Shown here piece by piece: positions 50,351 through 60,002 of a DNA stretch of 64,000 nt. The notes beneath the pieces were generated by a model. It was given only the letters and a program-made list of their open reading frames with translations. It was not told where the DNA came from and made no database searches. Positions within the stretch are counted from its first letter, which is position 1; every line of letters begins with the position of its first letter. Where the stretch lies: assembly GCA_048128005.1 (NCBI GenBank), contig JBEUKZ010000054.1, positions 930,001 to 994,000 on the forward strand. Direction: 5' to 3'. Source of the DNA: Veleropilina oligotropha (Eukaryota). The position numbers and the translations under genes were made by a program.

Positions 50351-51766
50351 ATGCCGCGCTCTCGTAGGAGTCGACTAGGGGAGGATGCGGGTGATTCCGT
50401 TACCGAAAACAATGGCGCCATCGGCCGAAGTATTTCACCACCTGCCAAACGACAACGCCGACGCAGCGATACCGCGATGTTGGATGCGGACAATCCGTCA
50501 AATTGGGCTCTTACCGAGCTGCGCACGTTTTTGTCTGCCCGAGGAATTGTGGTCCCGGTTTCGTTCAAACGAAAAGACTTGGTTAAGTTGGTTGAGTTGA
50601 ATCGGAATCTGCAGCCCGCACTACTGACACCTATCGACCCCCCTCGAAGTTCGTCTCCAAGAATTCGCTCCGCCGATCCAACGTCCCCTCTCCGTCAACG
50701 TTCGGCCACTGTCACTTCGGGAAATGACGAGTCTGCCCCGAGTACTGCCGATGACGAACGGGATATTCCGCTGGCACGTCATTTGATGTCGGTTCCCGAC
50801 GCGACTGTCCTCACGCAAGCCGTGTCGCAGCTTCAAAGCGGTATGGTCGAACTGCAACGCAAAATGGACTCGTTCGTCGGTGGTCCACCGCCAGTGACCG
50901 CTACATCGACAACCGTGTATTCGTTCGATACCGCCCTCTCACCGGTCAACCCACCAGCAACTCAAACGATCTCGTCGGTTGGTGTTGGTGCTCCGCGGTC
51001 GCGGTTCGGCTATTCTTCTCACGACCTGCCGAGAGTGGTGGACGTCCCTCCAACAGTCAGGACGAGAATCTTATCGGGTAAGAACATTAATCTTGCATCT
51101 TTATTGTTAACAAACCAAGAGATGGGGGACTATAAATCGATCGTCGACTCTGCTGGAAACGAGATAAAGATTAAAGGTACCCCTGACGCACGGTTGACCA
51201 AAACGTTGACTTTAGCGGAATTTCTTTCTGCGTTTAAAATATTTAAACAGATTATTTGCTCCGCATACCCCATCCGACGTGAGGAATTGGACTTGTACGA
51301 GCAGGACATTATCAGCATGTCAACTCAGTTTGGGGGTTCGCTATTCTATGAGTATCACCAAGCTTTTTCGTCCAGAGTATCAGCGCTGTTGCTACAACAC
51401 AATCTGAAGGTTGACTGGTCGGTTCGCGACTTGAACCTGTTCACATCACTCAGTGCGGGCCGTCGTAGCATTACTTGTGCCCTGTGTAACAGCGTAGTCC
51501 ACTCCACAAAGTTCTGTCCACAGAGTATCCTCGCTACGGTCAGAGATGCGCCACCCAGAAGAGTGTCCGACTCCTCCATCGATGTTAGAGGTCGTACACG
51601 TATCGTGCTTCAAGGCAGAGAAGTCTGCAACAACTTTAATTCTGGCGTTAAGTGTGGCCGTGTGCCATGCAACTTTCTTCATTTGTGTTCGGTCTGCAAG
51701 GGATCGCATGCGGCGACCAAGTGCACTACAATGAGTTCCCCGAATCAGCGACGCACGGAACATTGA
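50351..51766 (+). CDS. gag: Ngaro gag-like ORF1
   Basis: 471 aa; N-terminal SAP/HeH-like motif (WALTELRTFLSARGI), C-terminal Cys/His finger CNNFN..C....C.FLH.CSVC..SH....C. Confidence 0.88.
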   Translation: MPRSRRSRLGEDAGDSVTENNGAIGRSISPPAKRQRRRSDTAMLDADNPSNWALTELRTFLSARGIVVPVSFKRKDLVKLVELNRNLQPALLTPIDPPRSSSPRIRSADPTSPLRQRSATVTSGNDESAPSTADDERDIPLARHLMSVPDATVLTQAVSQLQSGMVELQRKMDSFVGGPPPVTATSTTVYSFDTALSPVNPPATQTISSVGVGAPRSRFGYSSHDLPRVVDVPPTVRTRILSGKNINLASLLLTNQEMGDYKSIVDSAGNEIKIKGTPDARLTKTLTLAEFLSAFKIFKQIICSAYPIRREELDLYEQDIISMSTQFGGSLFYEYHQAFSSRVSALLLQHNLKVDWSVRDLNLFTSLSAGRRSITCALCNSVVHSTKFCPQSILATVRDAPPRRVSDSSIDVRGRTRIVLQGREVCNNFNSGVKCGRVPCNFLHLCSVCKGSHAATKCTTMSSPNQRRTEH

Positions 51767-53374
51767 CTTTCGGCTACTACACCGATTAGTTTTAATCGGA
51801 TTGGGAAAGAACTTGAACGACATCCGGACCCAGCATTCGTCGAACGTCTTTGTACTGGACTTCGGGATGGGTTCCACACTGGTTTGGTCACTATCCCCGA
51901 GGACATTTTGGAGTGTAAAAACAATAAGTCTGCTTGTGAGGCACCTGAGGTTGTTGATAGACTATTAGAATATGAGCTTGAACATAAATATTTAATGGGT
52001 CCGTTTCATGTTCCACCATTCGACACGTATAGAATAAACCCTTTAAGTATTGCTGAGCATAAATATTCGCATAAGCAACGTCTAGTCGTTGATCTCTCTG
52101 CTCCGCATGGGGTTGGTGCTATTAGTTTAAATTCTCTGATCAACAAAGATGATTATTCTTTGCAATATGTCCGTTTGGACGATGCAATCGCCAGAATCTT
52201 ACACATGGGTCCTGGTGCCCAGATGTGTAAGTTTGATATAAAAGATGCTTTCAAACAAATACCTATTAACCCATCCATTTGGCATTTGTACGGCGTAAAG
52301 TGGAACAATCTGTATTATTTTTATACTCGTCTTGTTTTTGGCAGTCGATCCAGCCCAAAATTGTTCGATTTACTGTCACAAGCTGTTTGTTGGATTGCTG
52401 TCCATAATTACGATGTTGAATTTGTATTACACTTATTAGATGATTTTTTAACTATTGATCGTCCTGATACTTGTGCCGACAGAACAATGGCGGTTATGTT
52501 ACGGTTATTTGATCTTTTGGGTATTCCTTTATCCACTCACAAAACTGTAGGTCCAAGTACAGTTGTGGAATACCTGGGTATTGTTCTGGACACTGTTAAA
52601 TTCGAAGCCAGATTGCCACATAACAAGATTGTTCGCATTACAGAGGTCATTACTTCGTTTACTAACAACCGTAAATGTACAAAGCGAGAGCTGTTAAGCC
52701 TTCTCGGGCATTTACATTTTGCGAGCCGTGTCATCGTCCCCGGACGGGCATTCGTGTCATACTTGTTAGAATTGTCCACTAAAGTCAAAGAAATGCACCA
52801 TCGATTAAGTCTGTCCGAGGCATGTCGGTTAGAACTGAGAATGTGGCTGGTCTTTTTGAAACAATGGAACGGCATTGGGTTTTTTATGAACCCAAAGGTT
52901 ATCCATGCGTCCGATATGCACTTGTATACTGATGCCTCTAGTACTTGTGGCTTTGGGGGTTATTTTCAAGACAAATGGTTCAGCGGTTGTTGGCCCCCAG
53001 AAGTGAAGGTACTTGATCCCCATTTGTCATGTCTTGCATTTCTTGAGCTGTACCCCATTGTTGTAGCCGCTCTGTTGTGGGGTCATTTATGGCATAACCA
53101 GCGAATACTGTTTTATTGTGATAATGAAGCTACTGTGCATGTTATAACAAAAGGACGATCTAAATCTGCCATTATTATGAAATTGATGCGTCGATTAACT
53201 TTGTGTGCTATGTCAAACAATTTTATAATACTAGCTAAACATGTACCAGGCAAATACAATTGTATTGCAGATTCGTTGTCTCGTTTTCAATTTCAGACGT
53301 TCCACACTCTTGCGCCAACAGCCGATCGACTGCCGCATCCATTACCTCCATTCTCCGCGACAATTCAGTTTTAA
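51767..53374 (+). CDS. pol: Ngaro reverse transcriptase / RNase H
   Basis: RLVVDLS, SLN, KFDIKDAFK, LVFGSRSSP, LLDD, YLG, TDAS, ELYP, CDN, ADSLSR; frame is open from the gag stop codon. Confidence 0.93.
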   Translation, partial: LSATTPISFNRIGKELERHPDPAFVERLCTGLRDGFHTGLVTIPEDILECKNNKSACEAPEVVDRLLEYELEHKYLMGPFHVPPFDTYRINPLSIAEHKYSHKQRLVVDLSAPHGVGAISLNSLINKDDYSLQYVRLDDAIARILHMGPGAQMCKFDIKDAFKQIPINPSIWHLYGVKWNNLYYFYTRLVFGSRSSPKLFDLLSQAVCWIAVHNYDVEFVLHLLDDFLTIDRPDTCADRTMAVMLRLFDLLGIPLSTHKTVGPSTVVEYLGIVLDTVKFEARLPHNKIVRITEVITSFTNNRKCTKRELLSLLGHLHFASRVIVPGRAFVSYLLELSTKVKEMHHRLSLSEACRLELRMWLVFLKQWNGIGFFMNPKVIHASDMHLYTDASSTCGFGGYFQDKWFSGCWPPEVKVLDPHLSCLAFLELYPIVVAALLWGHLWHNQRILFYCDNEATVHVITKGRSKSAIIMKLMRRLTLCAMSNNFIILAKHVPGKYNCIADSLSRFQFQTFHTLAPTADRLPHPLPPFSATIQF

Positions 53375-54348
53375 CCGTTGCTTTGGATAAGCTGTGGACA
53401 AGTGCTCTTTCTACATCTACGCGAGACTTGTACAATACAGGTTTTCAATGCTTCTGTCGGTTCCTTGCGCTCAATAACGTTATTGTACCACCGGGGCAAC
53501 TGCCGCTTATAACTGAGGATATATTATTGCTATTTGTTACTCACTGTCACTCAGTGTTGCATATAACTTTTAGCACTATCAAATGTTACCTTTGTGCTAT
53601 TCGCTTTGTTTATTTGAAGGCGGGGATGCAGAACCCTCTGTGCCGCCTAGATGGATGTACTTTGCCTCGGTTGAACATTATCTGTCGTGCTATAAAGAAA
53701 GATCAGCAAGTCCGGGTTCGTCCCCGGCTGCCTATTACGATCAGCATATTGACATGTATGTGCAAAATCTTGCGTCGCGGTCTGTTTTCTTTTCATGTCG
53801 ATCTCCTTATGACAACTGTTTCCATAATCGCGTTCTATGGGTTTTTGCGATGCGGAGAGTTCACTGTGAATCGCTTGCCTTTCGACCCAGACCGACACTT
53901 GTGTGTAAGTGATATAACATTATCCGATCGTAAACTCACTCTCCACCTACGAGCATCGAAGACTGATCCGTTTCGACGTGGTATAGACATTCAACTTTTC
54001 CGGAACAATATGTTGTGTCCAGTTGCTGCAATGACCGAATATATGTGCAGTCGGCAGATGTCAGGAGTCCGGCCAAATGAGCCATTGTTTCTTTGCCCGG
54101 GTAATGTTCCTCTGACTAGGAATTTTTTCATCCGGCATCTGAAAAGTTCCTTGTGTGCTGCAGGCTATGATGATGCTTCGTTCAGTGGGCATTCATTTCG
54201 AATAGGGGCAGCTACATCGGCCGCTGCCGGTTTAGTAGAGGACCATTTAATTAAAACTCTCGGACGTTGGTCATCAGATAGTTACGTGCGATACATTCGC
54301 GTCACCGATCAAGAGTTACAACAAGCTCAGCGTGCGATGTGTAAATAA
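53260..54348 (+). CDS. Ngaro tyrosine recombinase
   Basis: FLRCGEF (R), SKTD (K), GHSFRIG (HxxR), GRW (W), SYVRY (Y); overlaps pol 3' end; true start uncertain. Confidence 0.93.
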   Translation: MYCRFVVSFSISDVPHSCANSRSTAASITSILRDNSVLTVALDKLWTSALSTSTRDLYNTGFQCFCRFLALNNVIVPPGQLPLITEDILLLFVTHCHSVLHITFSTIKCYLCAIRFVYLKAGMQNPLCRLDGCTLPRLNIICRAIKKDQQVRVRPRLPITISILTCMCKILRRGLFSFHVDLLMTTVSIIAFYGFLRCGEFTVNRLPFDPDRHLCVSDITLSDRKLTLHLRASKTDPFRRGIDIQLFRNNMLCPVAAMTEYMCSRQMSGVRPNEPLFLCPGNVPLTRNFFIRHLKSSLCAAGYDDASFSGHSFRIGAATSAAAGLVEDHLIKTLGRWSSDSYVRYIRVTDQELQQAQRAMCK

Positions 54349-56480
54349 TGGATGCGCTGTTGGCACACGTTCATTTTCTTGTGTATGTACATATTATATT
54401 CCGTGGCTGGAAATAAGTTGTCGCTGCCGACAGGTGTTGTAGGTCGGTGATATGGTTTTGTCAGTGTGTAATAATATCTTGTTATACAACATACCCCTTT
54501 CTTCCTTGGGGACTCTCAAATGCGACCAAACAATTTAGTGCATTTTCGCCTTTTGGGCACATTCCAAATAAGCATATGGAATGATTGTCCCCAAGTTAAT
54601 GTGTTCATATAGTACTGTACATGTAGTAACTAAAAGGATGACATTATTTAATTGATAACGCGTAATGTTAATCCCTTTCACTTATTGGTAACCAGCGTTG
54701 CTGGAACTAATTTGTTAACAGAGGTAGCAATTGGGGCAGTCTCGACAGTTGACACAGGTAGCCATCGCTGCCTCGTTGCATCCAGGGTAGCCATCGTTGC
54801 CCGCATGACAATTGACATGGGTAGCCATCGTTGCCCGCTTGACATTTGACATGGGTAGCCATCGTTGCCCGCTTGACATTTGACATGGGTAGCCATCGTT
54901 GCCCGCTTGACAGTTACATAGGTAGCCATCGCTGCCTTATTGACCTGGGTAGCCATCGCTGCCTCATTGACACGAGTAACTTAACAGTTGGTGCTTTCTG
55001 GACGCCGTGCACAATTGCTGCTTCTTTACTCTGATAGCTAGCGCTATTATAATTTATTCATGCATAATATGTAAGGTCGCAGGTGTAGACTGTCCCCGAG
55101 TTGCCAAACTATATAATGCATATTATTCTTTTTCTAATGCTATCAATAAATCTTTCAGTCACATGTTTTTGTTTTCATTGTACAAATAAATATTTACTGC
55201 GTATGCATGTAAATTATGTTTGTGCAGTACATAACATGTTTTTTGCTAAATAATAAATGTAGCTAATTATTGTTTGTAAAGTAGTGTGTTTTAATATCAA
55301 TTACATATATAATTAACCGTAGCCATACATCAGTAAGATGGTAATTCGCCCGTGCATTAGTAAAGGAACCCCCGTTTATTTGGAATAAAAATAGTTCGGT
55401 ACAGGGTCTTGTATTAATGCGCATAACTTTTCAGTTGTACTTCGTACGTGAGACAAAGAAGGTTTATCTCAACCCCACCACCATCCCCGAGCACCGCCTT
55501 TCATTTTGTAAATAATTAAATTGCTTGTTATGGAATATGCTTTACAGATCTGGATATTGTTTTACCTGTATTTGTTGCACATGATATATATCTATATATA
55601 GCTAGCCATATACTTATGTATTTATCATAATTGGGACAGTCTACGTTGTGTTAGTTGCAATATATTTAATTGGAAGTCGGGCACATTCCAAATAAGCATA
55701 TGGAATGATTGTCCCCAAGTTAATGTGTTCATATAGTACTGTACATGTAGTAACTAAAAGGATGACATTATTTAATTGATAACGCGTAATGTTAATCCCT
55801 TTCACTTATTGGTAACCAGCGTTGCTGGAACTAATTTGTTAACAGAGGTAGCAATTGGGGCAGTCTCGACAGTTGACACAGGTAGCCATCGCTGCCTCGT
55901 TGCATCCAGGGTAGCCATCGTTGCCCGCATGACAATTGACATGGGTAGCCATCGTTGCCCGCTTGACATTTGACATGGGTAGCCATCGTTGCCCGCTTGA
56001 CATTTGACATGGGTAGCCATCGTTGCCCGCTTGACAGTTACATAGGTAGCCATCGCTGCCTTATTGACCTGGGTAGCCATCGCTGCCTCATTGACACGAG
56101 TAACTTAACAGTTGGTGCTTTCTGGACGCCGTGCACAATTGCTGCTTCTTTACTCTGATAGCTAGCGCTATTATAATTTATTCATGCATAATATGTAAGG
56201 TCGCAGGTGTAGACTGTCCCCGAGTTGCCAAACTATATAATGCATATTATTCTTTTTCTAATGCTATCAATAAATCTTTCAGTCACATGTTTTTGTTTTC
56301 ATTGTACAAATAATAATAAACAGAATATTTTTTTCGAGTTTTTCAATTTTATCTTTTTTTTACAAGCGCAATCAGACAAAGAGGTGAAGCAGCCCCTGCG
56401 TGAACTTCAACCAACTTTGAATGGTACAATATACGCAGGGGAAAGCCGGAAAAATATGTTTTAATGCAGGAGCAGCTGGT

Positions 56481-56912
56481 TTATATGAATATATAGTTAC
56501 CCGATATTAAAGTACAATTACAGGGTGAGATTTGTCCGACTTTTCTCCACACACCGAAGCAGCCAGACAGCATGGTATAATACTCCCCATTTTTTCCAGG
56601 ACATAACGAGGGGGTCGAACACTGGACACATGTGACAGTATCTCTTGGTGTGGCAGGGCTACAGTCATTCTCTCCGATAATAAAATAGTGGCATGACGGT
56701 GGAGAGACATCAGGGGTGGGGTCTCTACCCGGGCGTAGTAGCAAGTTTCTTCGCAAGTGATCGAATCGGGGGTTATACCTGGGATGATTTCGGTACCTAG
56801 TCCACGTATGTTCCAGAATTAATGCAGTGTTGTGTGTCGACGCCTGGGTAGACACACCCCCTAGCCAGCACACCGCGGCAATACACAGTAGCATAGATTT
56901 CATGGATTTCAT
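56481..56912 (-). CDS. Secreted cysteine-rich protein (143 aa), cargo of the Polinton-like element
   Basis: signal-peptide-like N-terminus (MLLCIAAVCWLGGVSTQA), 8 Cys in the C-terminal half ending CxC; TATTAAA ~30 nt upstream. Confidence 0.6.
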   Translation of the reverse strand: MKSMKSMLLCIAAVCWLGGVSTQASTHNTALILEHTWTRYRNHPRYNPRFDHLRRNLLLRPGRDPTPDVSPPSCHYFIIGENDCSPATPRDTVTCVQCSTPSLCPGKNGEYYTMLSGCFGVWRKVGQISPCNCTLISGNYIFI

Positions 56913-56994
56913 GGTTGTCCAGATATCACTGTCGATTTCTAGCTTTAATACGGGGGAGGAGCGGGGTAGTCGTGGCTACGCTCAACCTGGATAG

Positions 56995-57630
56995 TTAGTC
57001 GCCAGCTCCGATTTTTTTCAGCAGCTCTGCGCGACCCTCTAAACGACCTCGCTCAATAAGCTCGCTTTGGGTCTGTGAAATCGCGGTGTGCGCCTTCCTA
57101 CTCTTATCCCGGATTGATGCCTTCATGGCTTGGTATTTTTCCATCTCCCCTGTGACCAGTTGGAATTCATCATCAGACATCACCCCGTCCGATAATGCCT
57201 TTGAGACGTGGTCGGTTATGGTATTCAGCTTGCTGTCGGCCAGGACTCGAATCTCGTCGTGTTTCTTAGCCTTCACCCCGAGGCGCCGGCTGATATACTT
57301 TCCACCCATACTAGCGAGCCCACACCCTAATGCCGCTAGTTCCAGCACTAGGACGACCGGGGCGGCTACAATTGTGGACAGTAGACCAATTCCAGCGCTA
57401 CCCATACCAAGTGTGGCGACGACTAGTCCGTTATCTATACCGTCAACGACGTTAACACCTCGTCGGTACTTTTTATATAGTGCAGCCCGAGCATCCCGTT
57501 CTCGTTCTAGCTGCCCCTGAAGCTCATTCACTTTCTGTAGTCGGAAAGACTGTGCCTCATGCAGTTCCGAAGGCACATCGTCACCAAGTTGTGGGTACAG
57601 CGTTGGCGCTGAGGGTTTGTTGTCCATCAT
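56995..57630 (-). CDS. Coiled-coil protein with central hydrophobic hairpin (211 aa), Polinton-like element
   Basis: ATG at 57630; charged helices flanking a Gly/Ala-rich hydrophobic stretch (GLVVATLGMGSAGIGLLSTIVAAPVVLVLELAALGCGLA). Confidence 0.75.
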   Translation of the reverse strand: MMDNKPSAPTLYPQLGDDVPSELHEAQSFRLQKVNELQGQLERERDARAALYKKYRRGVNVVDGIDNGLVVATLGMGSAGIGLLSTIVAAPVVLVLELAALGCGLASMGGKYISRRLGVKAKKHDEIRVLADSKLNTITDHVSKALSDGVMSDDEFQLVTGEMEKYQAMKASIRDKSRKAHTAISQTQSELIERGRLEGRAELLKKIGAGD

Positions 57631-57663
57631 ACGTGGCTGTATTGTTCCGCCTGTTTGTTTAAA

Positions 57664-57963
57664 ATGTCTACTGTAACGTTCAAATACAGAGTGCCGACCC
57701 ACGGGGCCTTGATGACAAAGGCGAGGGTTAACTTATCCGAATCCAGGCTGAGTTTACTTATGGAACATGCCTTGGGGCCCCCGGCCGGCTGGACCGGCGT
57801 CAGGTGGATCATTAGAAGGGCTGGGTTCAACCCGAACCGACCTCTAGTGTTTGGAAACATGAACTCCCTCCTCGCCAGCCCCTTATTGGGCGCTACCCCA
57901 CAATTAAGGACAAAGTGCCACCGGGTCGGGGAAGAGGGCTCGTCTGCAAGCAGGGTCCCGTAG
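57664..57963 (+). CDS. Hypothetical protein (99 aa), Polinton-like element
   Basis: AAAATGT start; fills the gap between two minus-strand genes. Confidence 0.5.
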   Translation: MSTVTFKYRVPTHGALMTKARVNLSESRLSLLMEHALGPPAGWTGVRWIIRRAGFNPNRPLVFGNMNSLLASPLLGATPQLRTKCHRVGEEGSSASRVP

Positions 57964-57970
57964 ATGCTGC

Positions 57971-58711
57971 TCATTGTATCGCAAGGACTGCGGAAATAGG
58001 CATACCGTGATTGTCGAGCGGTTTACCATCTGAGTCTGTGATGTAAACCTTCAACTCTGTGATTAGCCCGGCCTGTAGTCGCCGGCCGGCGGGATAGCTA
58101 TGATAGTGGCCAGCTTCACCGAACATCTGCGACGTGATAGGGACCACCGCGAGAATAGTGCTCGGGGCGCCGTCCTTCACATTGTGCGTTGTACTAAGCT
58201 GCTCCAGGTGGACGTGCAGGGTTGGCGCTATGGCAAACCCGACAGGCTTATTCCCGTCATAAGTCCCAGGGCGTAGCCACTCGGATCTCTCCGGAGGGGG
58301 AGGTGGTTGGCCCTGTACTCCCCGAACCGGTTGGTTCAGATTCCCTGCTTTATCGAGAATAAACGAAGAGAGGTCTAAGCCGAGGAGTTTTCGTATATCG
58401 TCACTTATCGCGAGTCGAGTCCCCTCTGGGACCACGATTCGGGCGAGCCCTGTAGCATGGCTTACATCTAGTTGTAGGTTAACTAGCGACCTCTTCATCG
58501 TCTTGGCGAGGTCATCGAAGCTGTAGAAACCTGGTGCCACGTCGACCGTGGTATCCGGGGTCTTAAAGAAGGCTCCGGCATGCACGTTGTGCCAGCCTAC
58601 CCAATAGTCGAGCGACTGCAAGCTGACACATAGCTTGCTGTCCCGGTTATCAATCGGCTCCAGGAGGGCAACCGCGGTCCCCTCTTGAACGTTTGTTAAT
58701 GTGTGAAACAT
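57971..58711 (-). CDS. Minor capsid protein (penton, single jelly roll)
   Basis: 246 aa; C-terminal pattern LHVHLE..DGAPSTILAVVP..FGE..Y..ITELKVYITDSDGKPLD..G.PISAVL resembles Polinton/virophage pentons. Confidence 0.75.
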   Translation of the reverse strand: MFHTLTNVQEGTAVALLEPIDNRDSKLCVSLQSLDYWVGWHNVHAGAFFKTPDTTVDVAPGFYSFDDLAKTMKRSLVNLQLDVSHATGLARIVVPEGTRLAISDDIRKLLGLDLSSFILDKAGNLNQPVRGVQGQPPPPPERSEWLRPGTYDGNKPVGFAIAPTLHVHLEQLSTTHNVKDGAPSTILAVVPITSQMFGEAGHYHSYPAGRRLQAGLITELKVYITDSDGKPLDNHGMPISAVLAIQ

Positions 58712-58718
58712 AGTAGCT

Positions 58719-60002
58719 ATGGCTAAGAGCGCCTTTGCGTTTAATAGGAGTGCGGCCTATCCGACCGGTGTGGTGTACCCAGCAAAGATCAAAGATGAGC
58801 AGCTTACGAGACCAAGCATCAATGTGGGTAATAGCTCAACCACTACATTCGGGGCAACATACCCTGACGTCTTTCAGAAATACCGCCTCCCTCATGTCGC
58901 TAGTGACGGGCTGATAAGGGATTGGAACAGCACGCCGATGAGGTTCTGGCAGAACAAGGTCAATTTCGCAGTTTGGTGTGCCACAACAGGTTCCGGAATC
59001 TCCTCAGAAGACCACTTAAATGCGACCGACCCCCTCTCCACTGCTGTATTCACCTTCCACGTCTACTATCAGGTCAGACGAATCTTATCCGAAATTCAGG
59101 CGCCGCTGCCACAGGACCGGACGTGGGATGCATTCGACAACCCGTATGACCGCAGGGCATATGAGAAGATCTGCAGCGAATTTGGGGTGTCTCCCCATAC
59201 CGACTGGCGTGTCAAGGGTCCCAACGGCGGACTAGGCACCGCTTACAGCTACTGGACGAACAACGGCTACCACCCCATCGGACGTGACTATGATCCAAGC
59301 CGAATGTCCTTCACCAAAGGTACGACCAACACGAATCTGCACGTGGACTACATCGCGCAAGCGCCTGCACTTAAAAACGGTTGGGCTACTTTTATTCTGG
59401 ACAGGTCGGTGGGATTCACGAGGGCCGGCGTGGAAAGGCTCAATGATTCCATCAGGACCTACGTCTGGGCTATTCTTGGAGCGCAGGCTCAAACGCGTGC
59501 AAGTATTCTGGGTAGTGGGACGGCGTTTGACGCACAGAAACAGTTCCTGGCGAACGTGGAAGACGCCATCGCATCCCCCGTTGACCTCCCTGCTGCGATC
59601 AAACGGTACCAAGAGGTGCTCCAGTATGCGAGGTCCAAAGTGGACTTCGTATTCGGCGTTGGCCTGTACATGGCGCCAAGTAACATGCTTCTACGGATCG
59701 GGCAGGTGGCTGGTTATAACAATGAGATCGTCGTCGCCACGGAAGACCAGACACTCGGTCTTAATACTACGGTGAACGCGGCCAATCCTGTGCCGCACAA
59801 CGCCACTGGGGATACTGGAGAAACAGGACTGGTTATTCCACAAGACGCAGATGCAAGCATACCGGTAGTTACTCCGAAGCATCCAAGCTCTCTGCCAGCT
59901 GTGGCCTCAGTGGCGGCTGTTCCAGCGGCACATGACGAGGAGAAAACCGCACTTATCGTGGGCGGCATTGTCGTTGGTCTAGCGTTTATTTGGCTTACGT
60001 GA
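58719..60002 (+). CDS. Hypothetical protein (427 aa) with C-terminal membrane anchor, Polinton-like element
   Basis: intact ORF; ends ALIVGGIVVGLAFIWLT; lies within the morphogenesis block. Confidence 0.78.
   Translation: MAKSAFAFNRSAAYPTGVVYPAKIKDEQLTRPSINVGNSSTTTFGATYPDVFQKYRLPHVASDGLIRDWNSTPMRFWQNKVNFAVWCATTGSGISSEDHLNATDPLSTAVFTFHVYYQVRRILSEIQAPLPQDRTWDAFDNPYDRRAYEKICSEFGVSPHTDWRVKGPNGGLGTAYSYWTNNGYHPIGRDYDPSRMSFTKGTTNTNLHVDYIAQAPALKNGWATFILDRSVGFTRAGVERLNDSIRTYVWAILGAQAQTRASILGSGTAFDAQKQFLANVEDAIASPVDLPAAIKRYQEVLQYARSKVDFVFGVGLYMAPSNMLLRIGQVAGYNNEIVVATEDQTLGLNTTVNAANPVPHNATGDTGETGLVIPQDADASIPVVTPKHPSSLPAVASVAAVPAAHDEEKTALIVGGIVVGLAFIWLT

Larger units (their letters stand above)
49944..56313 (+). 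mobile_element. Ngaro-type YR retrotransposon, full length, split direct repeats A1-ORFs-B1-A2-B2
   Basis: A1 49944-50232 = A2 55185-55473; B1 54555-55189 = B2 55679-56313; B1/A2 overlap AATAA matches both element ends; three uninterrupted ORFs. Confidence 0.93.

Noticed and set aside
54755..56096. Repeat-plus-linker pattern resembling a CRISPR array
   Set aside because: Linkers are short and related to each other, and the block lies within the Ngaro terminal repeat
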